Below, piece after piece: positions 1 through 15,698 of a stretch of DNA of 64,000 nt. How positions within the stretch are numbered: position 1 is the stretch's first letter; the number at the start of each line of letters is the position of its first letter. The notes below the pieces were generated by a model. It saw only the letters and a program-made list of their open reading frames with translations. It was not told the DNA's origin and did not search any database. Source of the stretch: the human T2T-CHM13v2.0 reference genome, Homo sapiens; assembly GCF_009914755.1 (NCBI RefSeq), contig NC_060940.1; one strand, written 5' to 3'. The position numbers and the translations under genes were made by a program.

Positions 1-363
1 GTTATTTCTTGATGATATGCTAAAGAAGGGGTGGATTATTTATGCCTCGCCTTTTTCGACCATATAGGGTAACTTCCTGACATTGCCATGGCATTTGTAA
101 ACTGTCATGGCGCTGGTGGGAGTGTAGCAGTGAGGATGACCAGAGGTCACTCTCATGGCCATTTTGGTTTTGGTGGGTTTTGGTCAGCTTCTTTACTGCA
201 ACCTGTTTTTTCAGCAAAGCCTTTATGACTTGTGCCAGGCTTCTGTCTCATCCTGTGACTAAGAATGCCTTAACCATCTGGGAATGCAGCCCAGTAGGTG
301 TCAACCTCATTTTACCCAGCTGCTATTCAAGATGGGGTTGCTCTGGTTCACATGCCTCTGACA
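1..363 (-). mobile_element. MER41A-type ERV1 LTR (cut by the window edge)
   Basis: The reverse complement starts TGTCAGAGGCATGTGAACCAGAGCAACCCCATCTTGAATAG and contains GTCAGGAAGTTACCCTATATGGTC...AATAATCCACCCC. It lacks the GAS-bearing segment of MER41B. Confidence 0.8.
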
Positions 364-1576
364 GTTGTCCTGCAAGAGAAGAGGAGCATGAAGTCAACCA
401 TTGCTCCCAAGTTTCTGGCTTAAGTGGCTAAGGGATGGGTGGTTCCCATGTGAGAGATAAGAAAGAGGCTGAAGAACAGATCTGAGTAATGTTGCTGGGT
501 TCAGGCATGGCCACCTTGGGCCAGAGATGCTGTTGAATCCAGGAGGTAATGACATATAAATTTTGATGTCGAAGGGGGAAACTTTGAGTATTCTTCTATT
601 GAAGTTTCATGGCACTGGAAATCTAGAGCTTTCCTCCAAAAGGCAGGAAGATGGGTTCTAGTCCCAGCTCTAATATTAACTTGTGCTACCTTAAACAATT
701 CATGACATTTCAGGAATGTGTGATCCTCACAGCCTTAGCAGATTCCAAGATTCCTTTTGGCTTTGACATTCCATACCTTCAGGTAGCCCTAGAATTTAAA
801 GAGGAAGTTTCTCTTGAAAGGCTTTATCAGTCGGAGCTATTTGCATTACAAGGAATATAAACTCAACTTAAACTGTATCATACATAGCAAGTTAATATGT
901 GGCTTCCTGGGTTGTTTCCTTGGGCAGTAGTCCGAGTGGAGGCCACGCTAGCCAGGAAAGAGTGCGGTGATCAATGAATGATGTCTAGCATAGACACAGC
1001 ATCAGAAACAGGGACATATTTTTGTTTCAGTCCTGAAACCAAGGGTTTCCGTCTGTGGCCTTTCAAATAATGTTGATTGAATGTAGGTTCTACTCTGGCT
1101 CAGCCATTAGCTCTGGGTAACCTTAGTTTAATCATTTTATATGCCAGAGCTTGACAGTTTCCTTATTTGTCAAGCGGGAGAAATAGTCCCCATCTTTTCC
1201 ACCTTCATTGTTGAAAGGATCTAATGAGAAAAGAAGCATAGAGCCCTGTAAGGAGGAGAATCAGATATTGAAGATATGAAGGAGAATCAGAAACAGACAT
1301 GGTTCCTGCCCTGCTGGGGTGGACATTCTAGTAGGGAGGCAGGCATTCTTTAACCTTTATGTAAGTTCACATGTGTGACACTGTGAGATCCCAACGTGTG
1401 GATAAAAGAGCAAATACTTCTGGTCCCCTGAGAGATGAAAGTTCAAAAGTTTATTGCTAATGAATTAATTTTAAAAGTGTAGATAATCTTATAATAAAAG
1501 AATTCAGAAATTAAAATAAAATAAAAGGAGATTTCATAAAATTGTCAAATGAAAAACAAATAAGAAAAGAAAGTGT

Positions 1577-1669
1577 CAGCAAACCACCATGGCACATGTA
1601 TACCTATGTAACCTGCACGTTCTGCACATGTATCCCAGAACTTAAAGTATAATAAAAAAATTAAAAGAA
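1577..1669 (+). mobile_element. Very short 5'-truncated L1PA (approx. L1PA7/8) 3' end with A-rich tail
   Basis: CAGCAAACCACCATGGCACATGTATACC...CAGAACTTAAAGTATAAT. 15-bp TSD AAGAAAAGAAAGTGT at 1562-1576 and 1670-1684. Confidence 0.85.
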
Positions 1670-1681
1670 AAGAAAAGAAAG

Positions 1682-2460
1682 TGTTGATGAAAAAGGTCAA
1701 ACTCTGTCAAATACTTGAAGAGATTTATTCTGAGCCAAATAGGAGTGACCATGGCCCATGACACAGCCCTCAGGAGTCCTGAGAACATGTGCCCAGGGTG
1801 GCTGGTCTGCAGCTTGGTTTTATACATTTTAGGGAGGTATGAGACATCAATCAAATACATTTGAGAAATACATAGGTTTGGTCCAGAAAAATGGGACAAT
1901 TCGAAGGGGATGGTGAGTGGGGAGCTTCAAGGCTATAGGTAAATGTAAACATTTCCTGGTTGACAATTGGTTGAGTCTAAAGACCTGGGATCAATAGAAA
2001 GGGAATGTTCAGGTGAAGATAAAAGATTGTGGAGACCAAGGTTCTTTTGAAGTCTTATAGTGGCAGCCCTTAGAGACAATAGAAGACAAATGTTTCCTAT
2101 TTAGACTTTTAAAAGGTGCTAGACTCTCAGTTAATCTCTTTACGATTGGGAGGGCCTGGAAGAAAAAATCTAGCTATGTTAATAGAGCTTATTTACACAT
2201 GTAGGTTTTACCCCACAAAAAAACTTTTTTTTTGCAGGGCCATTTCAAAGAACGACAAAAAAACATGTTTTGGGGTAAAATATTTTGACTTTCTTCTTTG
2301 TCATGTAATGTTGTGTCAGAGTCAGATAGGAAAGTAAGTCACGATATATAGCGTTAAATAAAACCCATCTGATGAGAATTTATGGTTTGTAGGATATGAC
2401 TCCCAGACCCCTTAGATAGAAATCTGGGCAAGATAAGAAAAAATCAGAGCTTAGTCCTCA
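1682..2460 (-). mobile_element. MER4-family (MER4E-like) solo LTR, ERV1
   Basis: TG...CA termini (TGTTGATGAAAAAGGTCAAACTC ... CAGAGCTTAGTCCTCA), 4-bp TSD AAAG on both sides, MER4 core GTTTTATACATTTTAGGGAG...CATCAATCAA. Confidence 0.8.
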
Positions 2461-2689
2461 AAAGAAAGAACGAGAAAGAGAAGTAAAAATGAAGGAAGAG
2501 AGGGAGGGAGGAAGAGAGAGAGGAAGAAGGAAGGAAGGAAGGAAGGAATCCTTCAATGCTGGAGAGAGTGTAGTTAAATTGAGTGGAAATTGGTAAAACT
2601 CTTTTGTAGAATAGTTGGCAATATGTATCAAGAGCCTTAACAATGTTTATACTCTTTGGCCAAATAATTCTACTTTTTATAATCCAAAT

Positions 2690-2925
2690 CAAAGGTCAGC
2701 AAACTTTTTAAAGAAGGACTGGGTAGTAAATATCTCAGGCTCTTCAGGTCTCACGGTTTCTGTCAGCTGAGTTTCAACCAGCACTCAATTCTACCACAGC
2801 AGAACAAAAGCAGCTATGGATAATATATAAATGAATGGGCATGGTTTTGTGTCCAATAAAACCTTGTTTACAAAATCAGGATGTGGCCAGATTTGGCCCC
2901 GTGGGCTATAGTTTGCCAATCCCTG
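2690..2925. mobile_element. MER58A hAT-Charlie MITE
   Basis: Degenerate TIRs CAAAGGTCAGCAAACT / AGTTTGCCAATCCCTG, degenerate 8-bp TSD (atccaaat/atgtaaat), typical internal sequence. Confidence 0.75.
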
Positions 2926-2943
2926 ATGTAAATTAAGAAAACA

Positions 2944-3243
2944 GGCCTGGTGCGGTAGCTCACACCTGTAATCCCAAGCACTTTGGGAGGCCAAGGTGGG
3001 AGGATTGCTTGAGCCCCGGAGTTCAAGACCAGCCTGGGCAACATGGTGAAACCTCATTTCTACAAACAAAAAAATACAAAAATTAGCCTAGTGTGGTGAT
3101 GCTTGCCTGTGGTCCCAGCTACTCAGGAGAATCATCTGAACCTAGGAGGTAGAGGCTGCAGTGAGCTATGATTGTGCCACTGCACTCCAGCCTGGGCAGC
3201 AGAGTAAGATCCTGTCTGAAAAAATAATAATAAATAAATAAAT
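2944..3243 (+). mobile_element. AluJ
   Basis: Dimeric Alu with J diagnostics (GGAGGATTGCTTGAGCCC, GAGGCTGCAGTGAGCTATG); TSD TAAGAAAACA. Confidence 0.9.
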
Positions 3244-4169
3244 AAGAAAACATTTTTAGAATTATGCTAAATTCAAAATTCTAAATATAAAGAGAGGTTT
3301 AAGTGAAAAGTTGCTATTACATACAACTGTATTTGTAATAGCAAAATATTGGCACAATTAGAACACTCATTAATAGGGGAATTAATTAATTTTGATAGTT
3401 CCACTCAATGAAATACTAGGTACACATGAAAATCCTGTTTATTAATAATTTATAACAACATGAAGAAATGCTTGATAGAACATTACTTGAGAAATAGAAA
3501 CAAACTTATTTATAATGACGATGATAATGGTGGTAGATAATATCTAAGCACTTTACACAGATCATATCATTTAACTCTCCAAACAGACCTATGAAGTATA
3601 CTTTTTTATTGTAATGGCTTTCCTTATGGAGAAGCTGATGCTGACAAATGTTAAGTAATTTAGTCAAGGTTAAGCTGCTGGCAGGTGTCACAGTTGAAAT
3701 GTGAATACAGGTCTGGTTTAACTGCTAAAAGCAAAAACAAAAGCAAACAAACCAGCGGAGAAAAATCCCAAATTAAACTCTGTTTATTAAAAATACCAGA
3801 AGAAAATACACCCAAAAGTTGTTATCGGCTGTCTTGATTGGTAGGTCATAGATAGGAAGATCACTTAACATGTTCACTCTTTTCTCTAATGAAAATGTAT
3901 CATTTTAATAAAAAAGAAACAACACGCGAATTTCATAGGCAAACCAACGATGGCAGAATGGTAGGTGGGACTGTGGGGGGAGAAGTGTTTATTTCGGAGG
4001 TCTAGAGGTTCCCTTGGGGATGCCTTTAATCCTCTTGGTCCTGCTCTTTGTTTGTGAAAAGGGCATGGTGCTGCCCTTCCCTCTGTCTTGTTCTAGGTGG
4101 AGTTTCTAGTGTGTCTTGTTTGGACTGTTGGCCCATTTTTATGCTGTTCTTGGGTTGACATGCCAGTCT

Positions 4170-4171
4170 CT

Positions 4172-4208
<37 letters not shown>

Positions 4209-4245
4209 TTCTTCCCCTTCTTCATCCACCCGTTCCGATGTGTAG
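4170..4245 (+). promoter_or_regulatory. 3' splice site: CTAAC branch point, (CT)15 and polypyrimidine tract, AG acceptor
   Basis: CTAAC at 4170-4174, (CT)15 at 4174-4203, and no AG dinucleotide between 4167 and the acceptor AG at 4244-4245. Confidence 0.75.
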
Positions 4246-4625
4246 CTGACAAGGTCAATGACGACTTCTACACCAAGCGACGGCACCTGGCTGAGCTGGC
4301 TGCCAAGGGGAACTTACCTCTGCACCCCGTAAGAGTGGAGGACGAGCCCCGGGCCTTCAGCCCTGAGCACGGTCCTGCCAAGCAGAATGGACAGAAGTCC
4401 CGCACCAACAAGATGCCCCCACATCCCCTGGCCTACACCTCTACCACCAACTTTAAGGGCTGGGACCCCAACGAGCAGTCCCTCCGGCGGCAGGCTTACA
4501 GCAACAAGGGCAAGCTTGGCACGGCCGAGACAGGCTCCAGCGACCCCTTGGGAACTCGCCCCCAGCACTACCCACCCCCACAGCCATACTTCATCACCAA
4601 CAGCAAAACAGAAGTGACTGTCTGA
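4246..4625 (+). CDS. SHISA9: Terminal coding exon of protein shisa-9 (CKAMP44): cytoplasmic tail ending in class II PDZ ligand EVTV
   Basis: ORF 4116..4625 from residue ADKVNDDFYTKRRHLAELAAKGNLPLHP... to ...QPYFITNSKTEVTV* matches the SHISA9 C-terminus as I recall it. Acceptor tgtag|CTGAC at 4245/4246 (phase 1) follows a long pyrimidine tract; TGA at 4623-4625. The upstream TTG-started part of the ORF is intronic. Confidence 0.95.
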
Positions 4626-6573
4626 GCTTTCACCACAGGGAGCACCCTGGAGACCACACTCAACTGAGAGAGGCAAAAAACAACCCCGCCCACACCCTCC
4701 CCATCCTCCCCTAATACATGCGTCCACACACTCACTCTCAACAAGAACCAACTCTAAACCTACTGGGGACACAGAGTCGCGCTTTTCCTAGGTCATGCCT
4801 GTAACGTGTCGGCGGGCAGCTGAGAAAGACCGAAGCGTGGACATTCAGCAATACAGCAAAGGGGAAAATGAGGCACACTCTTTCCACTTCAGGCCCAAGA
4901 TGGCCAACTCACATGCCCAAACCGTGGGGCTGAGTTTTCTTTTCCTCCTAACTTGAAACTGAAATCCATGGTGACAAAATATAAAAGTAGCACAATTTAG
5001 AGAAATTGTCCATTTGAGCACATACACTACTTGCCACGTGCTGTCTGTTTCTAGGTTCGAAAGCCAGGGTGGAAATGGGGGTAGAGAATGAGGGAGGACA
5101 CAAGAGAAGAGTGTATTCTGGAAGAGGAGTTGTTCTGGGAGGAATTTGCCCACATTAGAAGCATTTTTCTAATTCCAAGAAGTGGTGACGTGGACGTAAA
5201 ATTTTGACGAGCATGAAACAGTAACTGGACCCCAACCATTCTATTTATAGTACTTTTCATATCATCCATGTTGAAAGCAAAAAACAACACACCCTCAAAC
5301 TCACAGAAAGTAAATAGACCCTGAACCCACCGACAATGATGGGAAGGAAAAAACAAAAAACAAAAAACATTTTAGAGAACTCCCATAAGGACCATGACCG
5401 TGGAAATGGGAGGGATGGGCTTTTACGGAGAGGGTCCGGAGAGTATCAAATAACTTTTTAAAAAGAGGATTAAAATGTAAGCCCACTACAAAACAGATAA
5501 AAACGGCAAATTAGGTGTTTTTTTTTTTTTTCAAAAATCTTGAAGACTTGTTGACATTAACAACAACAAATCCACAGTTGGAAAAGTCCACAGGAGATCA
5601 GATGAGGATCCAGAAGCCTCTGATTTCTGGGTTTTGCCTCCAAGACCTGAAACAGCCACAGAAACAAGTCCTCTATAAACTGTATGTCCCTGACATCCCT
5701 TTCCCTTCAGCGCGTTGCCGCCGCCGCTGCCAAACTTCAACTGCTTTGGACTGAAAATGTCATAAGCGTGGGTGGTGCCTTCAATGTGTTACTGTTGTTT
5801 AATGACAGTCTTGTTTCCCAAGTGCAACCTGTGTTCTTTTAGCCTTCCTTCCTCTTCTTTTTCTGCAGTAGTAGAAGATGTTTCCATCCTTCCTTTGTAG
5901 GTGAGCCCACCCCATAACACCCTCTGAGGGGCTGCTACAATGTCAGGGGTACCCAAGAACGAAGACCTCCCTACTCTCTACACTATCAAAATTAGTCCTT
6001 CCATTTTCTAGCCCTCTCAAACCTGTCAGATGTTTCTTGGTCCCGTAATTCCCATGGTCCCTCCAAATTACCTCCCCACATACTTCATGTGTTCATCTCC
6101 CATCCAGAATGTCCTGAGGTTGTTTTTCTGGTTGGTTCTCATAATCCATAGTCCTTGGGGTCCCAGCAAAGTCAGTTTTCCTACAAGTTGTGTTTGTTTT
6201 GTGGAAGCCCAAAGAAGTGGATTGAGAGAGAAGAGATTTTTATCTAAGGTGGAAGGTTTTTCAACTAGCCCCTAAAGGTCTTTGGTAGTTAATTAACATT
6301 CAACAGACCCACAGCAACTCTGGTGTCAGAAGCTATAAATGGTCTGGCCAAACAAGACTCAGAGTATTTTCTGAAATCCTGAGCTGCAAGGTTCTGCCTC
6401 ACCTGTCTCTCCACTCTGACATCACGAAATCAGCAAAACCAGATATTTATTCTCCTCACTCCCAGCAGATACGAGGACACCAACAATGCAGTTGATCCCT
6501 CTGGGCCTGAGTCTCCCATCTGAAACATGGGGAATTGGGGTAGGTCAAGCTTTTTGAAACTGCAAAACCTCTA

Positions 6574-6900
<327 letters not shown>

Positions 6901-7069
6901 GAGATCTTTCAAAGAACGCATAATAGGAGATCTCCATGTATAAAAAGGTACCATGCTGTACAAAGCTGGGGTCAGAGATTTAGTGCCCACCTTCTCAGCC
7001 TCCTTGGGAAGACCCCAGAGCTTCCCAGAGTCAAGTAAATACCACTGGGCATGGTCAGAGTTTCCTTGA

Positions 7070-7585
7070 CGTTAATGAGCTATGTACCTGCAACACACTT
7101 TGGCATCTCTGTATATCACCTTCACAATATTTGTATCTAAATTGATTCATTTTAATGCATTTTGTTTTTAAAATGAAAACTTCCTGTCTTCATCACAAAT
7201 TTAAAAAAAATCATCAGTTGCCATAAATAGAAAGCAAACATAAAAATAAGTACAAAGGAAACAAGCAGCGATGATTAAATTCCAGCTGGAGTCTGTTGTC
7301 TGTGAGTCTGAACTAAAGCCTGGGGTTCTTTCTTTCTCTCTCCATCTCTCTGTTTCTGTTTCTCTCTCTCTCTTAAAATGATATCATCAGGTATTAAATA
7401 ATTGTTAAAAATACCAGCACCCAATGAAGACTTTCTCTTTGTACTAATAAGATGGACCAAAAAGTAAATGAAAGGGGAATCATTTCCTATGCAAGTCAGT
7501 GTTGAACAATGCTGTAGCTATGTACTGCCTATGATCATTGTGCATACACTAGGGGTGCATAGCCCACACTTCAGAAAACCCTGGG
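7070..7585. mobile_element. Probable old hAT/Charlie-type DNA transposon remnant
   Basis: Ends resemble hAT termini (...CACACTTCAGAAAACCCTG); highly diverged, family not resolved. Confidence 0.3.
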
Positions 7586-7768
7586 TTGACTTATCTGTGA
7601 GGCTCTTTCCAGCTCAAAGTTTCCATAATTCTTATCTCCCTTTTACCTCGTGGTTGCTCTTTGCCCCCAGTCCACTTCGTCCCACCCTTATCTCAACTCT
7701 GATTAAGAGTCTTTCTTGGCCTCTAAATCTGTAGTATTGTATTCCTTCTGCATGCTCCTTCTCCTCTG

Positions 7769-7774
7769 AATAAA
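7769..7774 (+). terminator. Candidate proximal polyadenylation signal AATAAA
   Basis: AATAAA preceded by two TGTA motifs (7730, 7738); the downstream element is only moderately GU-rich. Confidence 0.35.
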
Positions 7775-8031
7775 CTTCATCAATTGAACTGGGCTCCTTG
7801 GGGTCTGCAGTTGTAATTTTGGCAGCAAAGGTGCAGACTGGTCATTAAGATGTAGCCACAATGATGGCCCAAGAAGGACACGTACTTTCCAAGTAGTCCT
7901 GTCTAGGATGGAAAGCTCAGGAAGTGCTTCATAGTTTATTATCTTCCAGTTGGTTTTGGGAGATGAACTGAAGAGGGAAGTTTGGATAGGGAAGGTCTTT
8001 TTATTCTTTTTTTTTTAATGTATCCATGGAG

Positions 8032-9268
<1,237 letters not shown>

Positions 9269-9617
9269 CTATTTTTTGCCTTTAGCTGTCCCCCAGTTTC
9301 CAACCCAATGGGACCAGAGTCTGACTTCCCTTTGCCCTTTCACAGTGTCTCAGCCTCCATCTGCCTTGGGCTCCGCCTGGCCTCCCCATCTAACTCTTCC
9401 CAGTTTTTTGTGTAAATGGAGCATATTTTATGTGCGAATATTTTAGTAACCGTATGTTCTGCAAGTAAACCTGTGTTAATACTTGTCAACAACTGCAGAG
9501 TTTATGATACGAATAATTCTTCCTACAATGAAGAAAAAAACACATTTGTTTGTTTTCTAAGAATGTTTATTTGTAAACATATGTATTCACTATATTAATA
9601 TGAATTTCTTACCTGGC

Positions 9618-9623
9618 AATAAA
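9618..9623 (+). terminator. Distal polyadenylation signal AATAAA
   Basis: Canonical hexamer with upstream TGTA motifs and downstream GT-rich sequence. Confidence 0.7.
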
Positions 9624-10097
9624 ACTGATTATATGTGAGGCTGTTGGGATTGTCATGTATCTTTCTAGAACCCTGCATCCTAATTTGTGTTTTCACCAGG
9701 GAACACCAATATTAGCATAGAGAATGAGGTCTATAATACTCAGAATATATGGGAAGTTGTTTCCGGCAAAGGCAATTTCTAGTTAACAGCAACATATACA
9801 CATTTTCCAGGAGACTTTGTGTTTGAAGCGTTTTTGGTAAGTTTGTGTCACATCTCCTAGTTCACATCCTTTTGCCTTTAGAAATCTATTGTTGCTAGGT
9901 TTCCTCATCATAACTAAATTTATTCTTAATGGTCAAGAATCTTGCTGCGATTTGAACTTTAGTTTTGAACGCTGATCAGGGTCATAGAAGACACAAATAT
10001 TGAAAGGATGGAAGATTCGATTCTTCCCCTATTTATTAAATTTTATTTCCTGTCTGGCCTCTGGTAGCATAGAGTTTGAAATTTTCAGGTAGAAACC

Positions 10098-10860
10098 TGT
10101 CTGACTATGGTTCCTCCAGAAAGAGGCTCGGAGATTAGGATGTGAGAAATGAAGAGAATACTGGGAGGGGGTGGGAGGTTCAATAAGGAAGGCAAAGCAG
10201 CTAAGAAGAGTATGATATCATGTCAGCTACCACTATGCACGGCTGGAGTTTCATGCTGCAGGGAAACTTTGGGAGACAGTGTTGAACACACACACAGAAT
10301 CATCCTGCCCAAGTAACGTGAGCTTGGGTGTTTACGTGCCCATGGCCATCAGACATTGTTTCCAAATTGCTTTCAGGGATGCTAATGTTCAGACACTCCT
10401 AGGCTGTCATGTGCAAAGGCAGAAGGACTTTCATGGTGTCAAGAATCCCTAGGCAGCCGGGCACGGTGGCTCATGTCTGTAATTCCAGCACTTTGGGAGG
10501 CCAAGGCGGGCAGATCACCTAAGGTCAGGACCAGCCTGGCCAACGTGGATTAACCCCATCTTTATTAAAAATACAAAATTAGCTGGGTGTGGTGGCGCAT
10601 GCCTGTAATCCCAGCTACTCAGGAGGCTGAGGCAGGAGAATCGCTTTAACTTGGGAGGCGGAGGTTGCGGTGAGCCGAGATCACACCATTGCATTCCAGC
10701 CTGGGCAACAAGAGCCAAACTCCATCTCAAAAAAAGAGAAAAAGAAAAATCCCTAGGCACAGAGATGCACCTACTGGTGATTATAAGCCAGTCACTGTAC
10801 ACCAAAGTCCCAAAGACCCTAAGGATGTGGGCAGGAACTCACAGTGGCTGCCCAAAGCCA
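10098..10860 (-). mobile_element. LTR33-like ERVL LTR, interrupted by an Alu
   Basis: Diverged match to LTR33 motifs (GGGAAACTTTGGGAGACAGTGTTGAACA...CATCAGACATTG); boundaries approximate. Confidence 0.5.
10456..10748 (+). mobile_element. AluSp-like
   Basis: GCGCATGCC, GTTGCGGTGAG and GGGCAACAAGAG diagnostics; TSD AATCCCTAGGCA. Confidence 0.9.
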
Positions 10861-11457
10861 GAGATCTGGGGTCCCTGGGGAATGAAACTTCCACTCTCTG
10901 GATGCTTAGAGACATTGTCAATGTCAAGCAAAGGGGAGATTTGCAGTCAGGGTCAGGATCTTTACTCTGGGATTTGGAGACCTTTCATTGGCCACAGGGT
11001 CACTTAGCATCACCCAGAGCAGATCCCCTGGGCTGTCTTTGGGGCACAGTTCTGGTTATCAGAGAAGTCTGGAACACACAGGATGCTCTTTCAGCACTTG
11101 GAAACTTGGTGGCTGGAGTCACTCACATCAGAGCCCCAAGAATGTAGTCATAGAACAGAGAATTACACCTCTGTGAGGAGAGCCACACTATTCCTCTAGT
11201 GAGCCACCTGGTGGATTATAACTCATAAACAACAACAACAATAATCATAGCAAGCTTATTTGCAGAGCCACACACTGTTAAAGACCTTCTATGCATTGCC
11301 ACATTTGGTTCTCACTGCAAAAGGTGGGTACTATTATGCTTTGGAGATGCTGTTCAGAGATTTGTCTAAAATTTGAGTAATGCTCCTAAAGCAATTCAAC
11401 TAGTAAGTGGTAGAACTGGGATTTGAACTCCAGAGCTCATGCTTTAATGGCTCTGTC

Positions 11458-11645
11458 AATAGTTCTCACCTGGATTCGCATGTGAATCAGTGGGGCAGCT
11501 TGATAAAAATGCTGATTCCCAAGCTCCCTCAAAGAGCTTCAGATAAGGTAGATCCGAGGAGATGGGGCCCAGGGTCCAATGTTTGTAACAAGCTCCCTGT
11601 CATTGCACTAGAGTGGCCCCTGGACCCTATGATGAGAAGCCTTGC
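11458..11645. mobile_element. MER5-type hAT MITE
   Basis: GTTCTCA...AAAATGCTGATTCCC...TGGGGCCCAGG...TAACAAGCTCCC...TGAGAAGC pattern. Confidence 0.5.
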
Positions 11646-12126
11646 ACAGTGCCACATTACATCATCATCCAACATCTGTGGGATCATCCCAAGGACTATG
11701 AGATGCAGAAGAAATTGGAGTGGACCTGTGTGCTTCTAGAGACAGGAACTCTCATCATCCGGCTTCATGTCTGATATTGAAAAGTTGTGTCCTATAATGA
11801 AGAGAAGACTGACTCCAGGAGACTTGGCTGGTGGTATTTATTGATTCCAATGCCAATTTGCTACGTGCCTTGAAACTATCCTTTCCTGCAACTCCATGTC
11901 TTCATTTTCCTTCAGAAGGAGGAGGTTGCAGTTGATAATCTTCAACCCTGCTCTCTGACTGGACTGAGTATTCTTCTTCCTGATCACCACGAAATGGGTA
12001 TAATCAATGGAATTGAGTCTCTTACCACTTTCAAAGGTTTGCTCCTGGATGACTGGGATTTTAGTGTGTATATTAATAACATTATAGTAACAAATTCTGA
12101 GGATTGAGCACTTGCCAGGTACTCGG

Positions 12127-13290
<1,164 letters not shown>

Positions 13291-13507
13291 TTCTGATTCT
13301 CTAACAGCCATGGGCTACTATGAATATTCTTAATGTTCTTAGGCCATGGATCCTTTCAATTATCTGGTGAATGCCTATGGATTCCCTTTTCAGAATAATG
13401 ACTTTAAATGCATAAAATAAAATACATAGAATTACAAAAAAAACCCATTATCTCGATGTATACTCATGAAAATATTTTTAGAAACTCACATTTGTGATAT
13501 GGTAATA

Positions 13508-13965
13508 CAGTTGGCCCTTGAACAACACTGCTTTGAACTGCAGGGGTCCACTTATGTGTGAATTTTCTTCCACCTCTGCCACCCCTGAGACAGCAAGACC
13601 AAGCCCTCACCTTCCTCAGCCTACTCAAAGTGAAGATGACAAGGATGAAGACCTCTATGATGATCCACTTCCACTTAATAAATAGTAAATATGTTTTCTC
13701 TTCCTTGTGATTTTTTAAATAAGATTTTCTTTTTTCTAGCTTACTTTATCATAAGCACACAGTGTTATATATTTGTATACATACATACATAAAATACACA
13801 TAGCATACTAAATATGTGTTAATCAATTGTTTATTTTATCAGTAAGGCTTCTGGTCAAAGTGGACTATTAGTAGTTTAGTACTGAGGGAGTCAAAAGCTG
13901 TATGAGGTTTCCGACTACATGGGGTTTGTCGACCTCTAACGCCTGCATTGTTCTAGGGTCAGCTG
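13508..13965. mobile_element. Tigger2a (TcMar-Tigger) MITE
   Basis: TIRs CAGTTGGCCCTTGAACAA / TTGTTCTAGGGTCAGCTG with TA TSD. Confidence 0.85.
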
Positions 13966-14002
13966 TATATGTGCTTTTCAACTAATGCAATAAATAACAT
14001 GA

Positions 14003-14440
<438 letters not shown>

Positions 14441-15336
14441 TTATTGCCCACATTTATAATTGAGGGACATGCTAAATTTCAACTAGAGGCCAGTGAAAGT
14501 AAAGACATGATATATTTTCTCCCACCTACTTTCATAAACCCACTGAATTCTACCCACAAATCCCTCTGCAGGTGTGTGGGTCCCAGGTGAAGCACTGTGT
14601 ACTAGTGAGACTTAGAGCTACTTACCTATTCTCTTCATGCTTCTATTTTTTTAAAATAGGGATAACAATAGTATCTCTATCATTGGCTGTTATGAGAGAT
14701 AAAATAATAGATAAAAAGACAGTAGCTTAATGCTTAACACCTAGTAAACATTTCAGCATTAGCTTTTGTTATGAGAATTATTCTTTCAGATGATTCCTAT
14801 AACCTCACAAAATTGTGTTTTATTTTTCGCCACTCATAGAAGAAGAAACAGGCTCAAAGAGGTAAAAATTGCACAAAGTAACCCAGGAAGTCAGTGGCAG
14901 AGCTGATTGAAACCTGGTTCTCTCTGATTCAACCTTAAGCTCTGGCCTATCGTGTGTGCTGTGTCATTTTTTAAAACTGATAGTATTAAATGTCCTCACT
15001 TCTCCCTGGAATGAGGCTAGACCGACTTTGGAGTAGATCACCATGGATGTCCCCATTTCTTCACCCCTCCCAGAGGAGAAAGACAAATGTCCAAGGTTCA
15101 GGAAGCTCTTGTCTGGCGCCTGTTTATTTAAGGGCTTAAATAAATAGCCCTTTATTAATTAACTGGAGACAGTTAATACCAATGTCCTCCCTTCAACACA
15201 AGCTCTCTCCAGCCCAGTACTTGCAAGATCCCAATTACAAACCTCACTGTCCCAGAAATTGTCAGATTCTAGTTTTTTATTTAAAAAAAATCCATCCTGT
15301 TAGGAATATATTCACCACATAAAACCAAAATAAGTC

Positions 15337-15698
15337 TGATATGGCTTGGCTGCTTCCCCACCCAAATCTTATCTTGAATTGTAGCTCCCGTAATTCCCAC
15401 GTGTTGTGGGAGGGACCTGGGGGGAGGTAATTGAATCATGGGGGTGGTTTTCCCCATACTGTTTTCATGGAAGTGAATAAGTCTCACAAGATCTGATGGT
15501 TTTATAAGAGGAAACCCCTTTTGCTTGGCTCCAATTCTTCTCCATGCTTCCCCATGTAAGATGTGCCTTTCACCTTCTGCCATGATTATGAGGCCTCCCG
15601 AGCCACGTGGAACTGTAAGTCCATTAAACCTGTTTTTCTTTATAAATTTCCTAGTCTCAGGTATATCTTTATCAGCAGCGTGAGATCAGACTAAAACA
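15337..15698 (+). mobile_element. THE1D-like MaLR solo LTR
   Basis: TGATATGGCTTGGCTG...CCCACCCAAATC ... CAGACTAAAACA. Confidence 0.85.

Noticed and set aside
1-363. MER41 as an interferon-inducible STAT1 enhancer
   Set aside because: This copy is the MER41A type and lacks the tandem GAS (TTCCGGGAA) segment in the visible portion.
4116-4245. N-terminal part of the 169-aa ORF (MFGLL...SLSLSL)
   Set aside because: Starts at TTG and translates the intronic polypyrimidine tract; the real exon begins after the AG at 4245.
4314-4772. 152-aa antisense ORF and 76-aa alternate-frame ORF over the SHISA9 exon
   Set aside because: Shadow ORFs expected over GC-rich coding sequence; no recognisable product.
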